Assembly (NCBI RefSeq): GCF_009914755.1
Contig: NC_060947.1
Reading direction: 5' to 3' (one strand)
From: the human T2T-CHM13v2.0 reference genome, Homo sapiens
Length of the DNA stretch: 64,000 nt
Part shown: piece by piece, positions 54,651 through 64,000 of the stretch
How the letters are laid out: each line of letters starts with the position of its first letter
How positions within the stretch are numbered: position 1 is the stretch's first letter
Translations under genes and position numbers: made by a program
Notes under the pieces: generated by a model
Told to the model about the DNA's origin: nothing
Database searches by the model: none
The model's input: only the letters and a program-made list of their open reading frames with translations

Positions 54651-54876
54651 CCAATGGTGTGCGGTAAATATTTAATATCCAGCTTTCTGAAAAAGAGAAA
54701 AGCTTTAATTTGTAGAGTTTGTCAATTTCCGAAGTGTAACTATTTCCATTGTGTAAAGATGCCCACTATGGACAATTTCAGGTTATCTATGTGATGTCAC
54801 TGAACACAGAGTTGGGAAGATATGTTTATAATTAGCTCTCATAAGCTTGTGTCAGCTAGCTCCAGCACACCACTGG
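54651..54876. mobile_element. MER63A-like hAT-Blackjack MITE
   Basis: Terminal inverted repeats ccaatggtgtgc / gcacaccactgg; internal gtgatgtcactgaacacagagttgggaaga. Confidence 0.88.
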
Positions 54877-56210
54877 AAGGTCACAATAAATGGCTATCTA
54901 ACATTCTAATTGTTAAAAGTGTCAGGTTAATGTTGAAAATGTGATCAAGAGCATTACATTATTTGTCTGTATTCAGAACAATGGTTGCATTCTATCACAA
55001 GTTTTACAATAATTATGGCAATGTTGTAATCTGGAATTTAAATAGAGGTATGCATATCTAAATCAAGGTTTCTTCTTTTGTCACAAGAAACAATACTGAT
55101 TCATCAAGGATTTGATAGAGCAACAAAGTAGAACTCATTATAAAATATAGTTTCATAGTAGACAATTTGGGTTTATATTTAATAGGTTTTCATTTGAAAT
55201 TTAATATCAGAAATGTATATGATCAATTTATAGTATTAATTGCATTTATGTCATTTATATTTTTATATTATTTAAATGTGTTTATGGCAGAGCTCATTAT
55301 TTGCCATCAGAATATTTCTCTTGCTGTTTCCATCTTCTTCAAATAAAATATTGTTAGAAATAATATGACCTTCATCCCAAACCTTTCATAACTAAATTGC
55401 AAATTTTATGTGTTTTACTGATGCTTAGAGATGAATTTCTGACTCATGAAAAATTTGTTCAACTCAAAACCTTGATGGACTTAAAAATGCCAATTCTACA
55501 GATAAAAGGGGTATTTTCTTTATTTCTATAATTGCCCTGACATGTTTTTCAGAGTATAATATCTTATGGAGGATTTTTAGTTATATATCCTAGACAGGAA
55601 ATATTAGGTGTGCGATCAAAGAAGAATTAGGAAATCTGTATGCATGATAATCTATGCGGTGGTTTTATCCGGGTTCTAGGACAGGAATCTATGTCTGAAT
55701 ATGTGTACTCCCCAATGGAACCATGCTTAATAATCCTGCAATGATGCAAAGGCTATTTTAAAGAGACCCTGGATGTACACTATGTGTTTGATCATTATGC
55801 TAAAATTCTCTCATTCCCATTGTTGCCATTTTCAGTAATATATGTTGAGCCAGGTTGCACGAAATATGTATGTACATTATTAACATACACTGCAAATAAC
55901 ATGGTCATATACCATGCAACCTTTGACTCACAGAGAAAAATCACAAAATAACAATTTTTTATTCTTAATCATGAATTTGAAAATGTCTGAGTAATTCTTA
56001 ACTCTGTATACAAAACATTTGTGTAGTGTCAAAAAAAAAAAAAAAACAGATATAGAGACACTAACCTTGAAAATTCTTATTCAGAAGGTCTGAATTGGAG
56101 CCTGAACAACTTTACGTATAAAAAAAGCTCTAGTGTAGGTGGAATTGAGAACCATGGTATTGAGCAGTAAGTTACATCCATAAGGCAAGAAGTACATTGT
56201 TTATTTTCTA

Positions 56211-56376
56211 GAGTCTTGCTACTCAAAGTGAGATCTTTAAACTGGCAGTATCAGCATCACCTGGAAGATTGTTACGAATGCAGACTCCATGCCACATCCC
56301 AGACCCGCTGAATGAAAATGCATTTTAACAAGACTTCAGGTGATTCATATGCACATTAAAATTTGAGAAACACTGG
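56211..56376. mobile_element. MER5A/MER5A1
   Basis: gctactcaaagtg..cagtatcagcatcacctggaagattgtta..gcattttaacaagacttcaggtgattcatatgcacattaaaatttgagaaacactgg. Confidence 0.9.
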
Positions 56377-56497
56377 GCAAGTGAAAAGATTTAGGTATAT
56401 GAATATAAGAAATGATGTGAATCTGTCGTTTGTGGTTAACTGTAATAAAGCAAATACCACACTGTATAAGCATAATTTATCTTCCCTGAATATATAG

Positions 56498-56857
<360 letters not shown>

Positions 56858-58978
56858 TGAATGAACTTGAATTGTTTCCTCACTTTTCTGTCAGAGCTCT
56901 TTAACATGCATTGTGTTATCATTTTACCGCATTCGCTTTGAGTTCACAGCTGAAAAACTTTGTGCTATGTGCAGGCAGACGTGCATTCAAGAGTTAGTTT
57001 CATTTTTAAGTTAATACAGAGAAAGTTCTCCATCTTCTAAGACTCCATAGGCCATATCAATGGGCTTTGGAGAACTGGAGCAGAATCAGCCAATCATGCC
57101 TTTCTCGGATGATGTGATATGACAAAATTCACTCTTTGCTATCATTTCCGTTGTTTGCAAAGCAGACAGAAGTCATTTCATGTGGAAAATTATATATGTT
57201 AAAATTGAAATAATTGGTCTGATACTGCCAAATTCTATACGTGATCTGTTAACAGTAAAAAGATTTGTTGGCAATATTAAATAACATTTCTTGTGATATA
57301 TATTTCTTGGGCTTTATCTCATATCTATGTTTAAAATTGGCTTTTCATATGTTCTGCATTTCTTTAGTGTAGGGGTAATATATCAAAACACATGATTAAA
57401 TGTAAGCAAAGGAGGATGATAAATTCATCAAATAAGCTATTACTATAAATATTAACTTTTTCCTGTGTATTATACAGATAGAATTGTAACTTTCAAATAT
57501 TTTGTATGAATACCGATGTACAGTTTGTAAAGCTGTATTGACATTACTTGGAAAAAACAGATTAAGCTTTAAGTTTAAATGGTGTAAGCAAATAAAATTG
57601 TAATTTAAATTTAAAGAACAGTTGTGCTACTCATAGGGAAATGAAGAGCGCTAATTTGCATTTTAGTAATCAGTAATAGGGGTTATGGGGTGTCAGTTAT
57701 ATTCCACATATGACCTTTTTCAGTTTCTAGGCAATGTACCTCAATTAATTTTCTGTGACATCATAAAAAACCCTTTTTACTGCAGCATGGCTATGAAAAG
57801 CAATAAAATTCTTTCTATGCAGCTGAACTATAAAATGCACAACTGACCTCAGCACTTAGCAGCAGCTCAATGTGTTAATGCATATTTTCTATTGGCATAA
57901 ATTAGAGTGTGGTCAAAAATCAGACTAGCTCAACTAATGCTTGCTTTCTTACAGGACATGCTGAGTCTTTTGAAGTCATAGAAATGGTCATGCTTTTAAA
58001 TTGGTATTTCATTACCAGCTGTCTAAATATATACTGAAAACTAATTAGGAAATTTAGTATTATCATAATGAGCCAAATTGGAAGTTACTATTAGTGAAAC
58101 AACCTTCAATTCTGATTGAAGGCTTTTCTACTTCTCCCTGGGCTTGCCAGAAACCAGGAAGAAAACCTAGAAATTCCTGTTATTAAATTACTAGAAATTA
58201 CTAGGTTACTAAACCGGTAAATTACTACATCATTCATTTACTGATTATCTGTTATGTGAAAATCAATGTGTATATGCTTGTAGATAACAGATAACAACAA
58301 GAGTTAAATAAGACATTGTTCTTATCCTCAAGAGTTTACAGAACAAAAGAAGGAATTTACAATTACTGTACAATTCTAACCAACCCTACTCTAGAAATAA
58401 ATAGCAATTCTGAAACAAGCAGATTAAGAGTGGAGGGCAGACTTATGCATATACTGGAATTGGGTATGGGAAGAACTGATGAGAAAGTAGAATGTCTTAA
58501 GATTTACTTCTTGCGAGAGAAAGGGACAAAGATAATAATATAGGACTTAAATGAAAACACTGACAATCCAGGAGGATCCTAGTCTGTCATGTATTGCTTC
58601 AGGAACTCGACTGTATTTGAAGTTCAAATGTATTAACACCATTTCAGTGGCAGCAGTGTACACAATTCATTCTTCCATCTATCATCCACCTTAAGACTTA
58701 TACAACTTTATAACGTAGCAAAAGACAGAACTTGATTTCCATTCCTTGTAATTTTATTTGTATTTCATGCAGTAAAATTGGACCAGTGATTGTGTTTGAC
58801 CTGGCCTATTTATTGTGTTGAAACTGAATTATTACTACCTTGAATAAACCACTTATTACCACCCTGAATAAATAATCTTCCCATTACGAGAGACTCTGAG
58901 ACCTAGAAGTATTCTTTTCAGCTTATTCATAACTCAGAATTCTATTTTGATATTACCAAGAAAATACATGTGCATGTG

Positions 58979-58981
<3 letters not shown>

Positions 58982-59012
<31 letters not shown>
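58982..59012 (+). repeat. (AC)n microsatellite
   Basis: Perfect AC run. Confidence 0.97.
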
Positions 59013-59014
<2 letters not shown>

Positions 59015-59623
59015 GGGAAGAAAAGTTTTTATTCAGTTCACATTAATAGATTTTTTTTAAGATTGCTTTGAAAATACTCTAGTTTCTCGAGTTATCAAAA
59101 ACATAATAATAATTGGGTTATTAAGAAATATCTTCACAATATTTTATTATATAATACAAAGTACCAAAAGGCACAAGTGAGAAAATAAAAATCACCTTAG
59201 TTATACCGGAGATAACCACTATTATATTTATGTATGATTTTTTTCCCTCGTATATGTGTATTAGGGTAATACTGTATACATGGTTTTATATTCTGCCTTT
59301 TGTGTCTCATTTTATATCCTTAAAATCAGTTTAAAATAAAATTTACTAAGCTTTTGGAGGCCCTTAAAAAGGGATGTCATTATCTTGTCTTTTATATTAT
59401 TGAGACTTAAAAATATGCCTTTAAAATATGATCCTAAGTCAGTTGTAATTTTAAGTTATGGCATTACCAAATATATTATGCAAGGAAATAGTGCATTCAT
59501 TCATTATTATACATTAGCCTATGGAAAATTTTTTTTTCAGACTTTCTACATAAGCTTTGAAACTACAAAATGGAAATATAGTTTTGTAACCTTGTATGCA
59601 TGCATTAAAATGTACCGGAATTC

Positions 59624-62045
59624 ATTGGCAAGATAGCAGAATAAGAAGTCACAGCATGAATTCCTGTATAAAAACACTGACTTGGCAAATATACATGTAT
59701 CAACATGCCTTATTGAGAATTGTAGAATTCAATGAAGAAGTTGCAGTGCCCGAGAAAAGTACAAAACTGAGAGCACTGTATTAAAATGGGTAAGAAAAGC
59801 AGTTTTATTTTACTCACATTATCCCTTCTGCAGGCCATCACAGCTCCATGCCTAGAGAGGTTCCCTCAGCCTGTGGTTTCTCCCCCAGGGAAAAGAGAGA
59901 GCTAAGTATGATCACAACTTCCTCAGCTTTCCTGGGCACTTCCCAGAGACCAAATCTTGGGAAGTGCCCAGAACACTTGAACACTCTGTCTTACCTCATT
60001 CAGAGTGTTGGGAAAACCTGCATAGTTGGAATGCCTGAAAGTAGCTAAGAGCAAAGAAAAGGGGAGGTGTAGGGGGGATCTTAGCAGCTGACACATGGTC
60101 CTCAGCAACTGGCATGCATATGTTGGCACACAAATCTCACATATGTGCAGATCTCAGCAGCTGGTGCAGGTCTCAACACTCGGCATGGCGCTCAGCAGCC
60201 TATATGGCTCTTAGCAGCTGGCTTGGCTCTGCGGATTGAAAGAAGGTGGACAATCCTGAGATTTCTCCTACAGGAGAGAGGGAGAGAAGTGAAGTTTACG
60301 CTCAATGCTCCAGCATCTCAGTGCACTCCCTTGGGAAAAAGGCGCAGGCAGATCTCAGCACCTAGTATGGCTATGTGGGATTGGTGGAAGGCATACAATC
60401 CTTAGACTAATTTTCCAGAAAGTAGGGAGAAGAGTGGAGTGGACACATCAAAATAAAAGGATAGTTAGAATACCAGAATCTCTAGCAGGGTCAGTTGGTG
60501 AAGATCTTATGCTGGCAAAATCAGTCCATAACACTGAAAGAGGTGGCTGTTTCATGAAATGTTCAGACATCAACACAAAACTACAAGAAATATAAAGAAT
60601 AAGAAATATATATTACCAAAGGAACAAAATAAATCTTTAGTAACCAAGCCTAAACAAAAGGAGATCTATAAAAACCTTGGCAAATAATTCAAAATAATCA
60701 TATTTGAAAAGACCAGTGTGGTATAAGAGAACACAAATAGAATGCTAAAACAGAAAAATGATTCATGAACACAATAAAAATATCAACAAAAATATGAAAA
60801 CCATATAAAAGAGACAAAAAATCTGCAGCTGAAAAATACAATAACTGAATTGAAAAATCCCAAAGAGAGTTTCAAGAGCAGACTTGATCAAACAGAAGAA
60901 TCAGCAAACTCTAAAACAAGTCATTTGAAATTATCCAGAGAAGCAACAAGAAAAGTGAATGAAAAATGTGAAGAAATTTTGTAGGATTTATTGGACACCA
61001 TCAACCAAATCAATGGATCCATTATGGAAGTCTCAGAAAGAGAAGAGAGAGAAAAAGGCAAGAAGCTTACTTAAAAAATAATGGCTGAAAAATTACTAAA
61101 TGTGAGGAGGCAAATGGACATCCAGATTAATAAAGCCAAAAGATTTCTAAACAATATATCCACAGAAGTCTACACCTAGTCAAAATTGCCACAAGTCAAA
61201 GATAAGAAGAGAATTTTGAAACCAACAAGAGGAAAGCACTTTGTCACAGACAAAGGAACCCTCATAAAACAAACAGCAAATTTTTCAGCAGAAATGTGTC
61301 AGGTCAGAGGGAGTGGAATGGTATATTCAGAATGTAGAAAGAAAAACACTGCCAACAAAGAGGACTATACCTGACAAAACTGTTCTTTAAGAATGAAGGA
61401 GAGTTAAAGATTTATCCAGGCAAACAAAAGCTAAGGAAGTTTATCATCACTAGACGTGCCTTACAAGAAATGGCAAAGGGAGTTCTGCAAGTTGAAACAA
61501 AATGATGCTAAAAAGCAACACAAAAGCATATGAAAGTATAACACTCACCATACAAATGTAAATATATAGACAAATATATAATAGTGTAATTAGGTAATGA
61601 TGGTGTGTAAATCACACTTAATTTAGTATAAAAGTTAAGTAACAAAGTATTAAGAATGGCTATAAAAACAAAAATTTGTTAACGAATATACACTATAAAA
61701 AGATGTAATCTGTGACATCAATAACACAAAGAGTATAGGGGAGAAGTAAAAATGTAGATATGATTAAAGTTAAATTGTTATCAGCTTAAAATTGACCTTT
61801 ATATCTATAAAATGTTTTGTGTAAGCTTCATAGTAACCACCAAAATAATACATACAGAAGATGCACAAAAGAAAATAAGGAAGAAAACAAATATTAGAAC
61901 TACCAAAAAAAATAAACTCAATGAAACACAAATGAAAATGGCAAGAGAGAAAAAGAGGAACAAAAGTATTACAAAATAGATGGAGAACATTTAAAAAAAT
62001 GGCAATATTAGCACTTCCCTATCAATATTTATTTTTAAACTGAAT
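59624..62045 (+). mobile_element. Old L1 (L1M3/L1M4-type): 5'UTR, decayed ORF1, inter-ORF spacer and ORF2 start
   Basis: Start ggcaagatagcagaataagaag; ORF1 remnants (aaaatacaataactgaattgaaaaat; KVKDKKRILKPTRGK..LIKQTANFSAE); ORF2 start atggcaatattagcac..ctatcaatatt. Confidence 0.88.
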
Positions 62046-62049
62046 TGAT

Positions 62050-62320
62050 TATTTCTCTTTGTTGGTAATATCTATTCTATATCATATTATGGTTTCAATT
62101 TATATTTCCTTGATGATTAATAATAATGAGCATGCTTTATATACCAAGTAGCCATTTGTATGCCTTAAAAGGAAGAACAAATTAAGCCCAAAGTAGGAGA
62201 AAGAAGGAAATATAAAAATTAGAACAGAAATAAATGTACAGAGACTAATGAAATAACAGAAAAGATCAGTAAAACTAGAGTTTGTTTTCTGAAATGATCA
62301 ACATATTTGACAAATGCTAA
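62050..62320. mobile_element. Two abutting L1 fragments in opposite orientations (62050-62165 minus; 62166-62320 plus)
   Basis: tttcaatttatatttccttgatgattaataataatgagcat..gccatttgtatg (minus), then gaagaacaaattaagcccaaagtaggagaaagaaggaaat (plus). Confidence 0.7.
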
Positions 62321-62335
62321 GTTATCTATTTACCT

Positions 62336-63473
62336 GACATAAAAACAGCATACTTCTAGGAAAAAGACATAAGCCACCTTTTTCAGAAGGAGATCCAGTC
62401 CCCTTCTATTTTGTAAAGTGACTACTGCCAAGGACTCCATTTTATTTTGTATGATGACAGTACTTTGGGTAATGTCTTCCAAGCTGTCTGAAAGATTCTC
62501 GGACAAGCGTTGGTAATAGGATAGGGAAGTTGCAAGGATGCGAGCTCCTGTTCCTAGTCCGTTATTCCTAGTCCTACCAAAAGGGGTATGAGTTGATGGC
62601 TCATTTGTGTTGGGTGTTTGCAGTTAAAGAAATAATGAGGGATTGATTTTTGGGAGCTATATTAATCTTGGGGGCTAAATAAACAAGTATACTGGTTCCA
62701 GTTCAATTGGCTGGTAAGCATAAGTAGGAACTAGTTGCACACAGGAAAAAGGCTCCTTGTTTTTCAAGACAGAAATTGTTCTGTATGGTGAACATATGGG
62801 TCAGCTCTTTGTTTTCGCCTTCCCAAGTGGTTCAGATCCCTGCTAAAGTGGCCAAGAGAAAATATGAACACAACTAATGGGCTTGCCTTGACAGTACTTA
62901 GACTATATATCCTTTAAAGTTTTGATATCTAAGGATGGTTTCCATTAAAACTGTACAGGTTTTCTAAATGATGCAGTTTGGGTAAATGCATAGCTTACAT
63001 GATTGTGTGAGGGGTTAATTTCCAGGGCATAGTTGCATTGATGACTTTTCAAGTCTGATCAAAATGTTGACTTTTCTTAAAACAAAGTGGTGACTAGAAT
63101 TTTAGTTCAGTGTTTGTTGATATTGGGCCCAAAATGGGTTTCCGTGAGGATGCAACCCCAGAAAGGTTGCTCTGAGAGGAATGGAGAAGGTTTACTGCTC
63201 ATCTTGCCATTGTAGGTTATTTTTTTCAAGGGCTTAAGATCAGGCTGGGATTGGGATGGTAATGTGTTTGAATAATAATGGAGACAAACAATGCCAACAG
63301 TCCTTTACCAGAGCTGGGCTGGTGGTATTTAACAGTCTTTGCATTAAATTTAAAGTTCTTAATAAATACCCAGAATCCATTAATTGCCAGAGGGATAAAG
63401 TGAGGCCCCACTGTAAAATTAAGCTAATTCCCAATATGCATGGTCCCAGTATACACAGGCTGTGAGTGACCAT
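62336..63473 (-). pseudogene. Decayed gamma-type retroviral env
   Basis: Signal-like MVTHSLCILGPCILGISLIL; LNLMQRLLNTTSPALVKDCWHC (CXXC); FFLCATSSYLCLPAN*TGT; fusion peptide LIPLLVGLGIT; immunosuppressive motif LQNRRGLDLL (62387-62416); EKGGLCLF..CCFYV; stops and frameshifts present. Confidence 0.88.
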
Positions 63474-64000
63474 TAAGAAACAACAACAAAAAATACTTGT
63501 TTTATGTGTTTTTTTTTTTGTTGTTGTTGTTCTATAAAATGGGAACTTCAGGGGGTGGATACCTATGCTGTAAGGAATGCTTGTTATAAAAATGAATTAA
63601 AACACTTTGCTTAATTGTTACAAAAGAAGGGATTCCACCTATTTGGAAGAATGCAACTGAATTGTAAAAATATAAAAATTGCTACTATTATCCAGCTTAC
63701 AGTAACTATGCAACAAAGACACCAAGGAAAGTTAGTAGGCATTTACCTATCTTTTGGCTGTCTTTTAAACAGGTACTTCAGGTCTTCTTCAGGTTCACAG
63801 ATGTAGTGGCTGATGGGAGCTTCAGATTCCAATGGTCTGCAAGACAGAGAAAATTCTAAGGAGGCCTTAGTACTAGACCTTAAAACCTCTACCTGGGGCA
63901 TCCACTTTGGATAGGTTGAGGTCTGGAGCTGGATCCCCTGGGACATCCCACTTTGGGGTCTAATCTTAGAGTGTCAGATATCTCTGACCTTAGGTGGGCA
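62336..64000 (-). mobile_element. Class I ERV internal region (HUERS-P/MER52-int-like): leader-like sequence, pol C-terminal remnant and decayed env; continues beyond the window
   Basis: pol tail YICEPEEDLKYLFKRQPKDR* (ends 63743); env features listed in the next entry. Confidence 0.8.

Overview
AT-rich, repeat-dense primate (most likely human) genomic DNA with no recognisable spliced protein-coding gene. The only gene-like feature is a full-length, intronless RPSA (uS2/37-kDa laminin receptor precursor) retrocopy on the minus strand. It has 18-bp target-site duplications and an uninterrupted 295-codon ORF. From memory it fits the Xq21.3 pseudogene LAMRL5/RPSAP15, which needs confirming. The rest is transposon-derived or unassigned unique sequence: L1PA/L1M LINEs, Alus, MIR/L2, MaLR LTRs, a full-length THE1C, a MER61 provirus, a solo LTR7, MER54/MER74-type LTRs, a decayed class I ERV env, and hAT/Tigger DNA transposons including a fragmented BLACKJACK. 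I found no convincing new biological system. The best leads are: (i) the intact RPSA ORF lies about 3.5 kb downstream of a co-oriented THE1C with DUX4-type motifs in both LTRs, and has an AG at the former exon1/exon2 junction; (ii) a scrambled ~2.2-kb block at 14.6-16.8 kb where BLACKJACK and L1 5'UTR pieces alternate in orientation; (iii) six short L1MA1-3 3'-end insertions. Repeat subfamily names come from recalled consensus sequences, not a database search, and boundaries of old elements are approximate.
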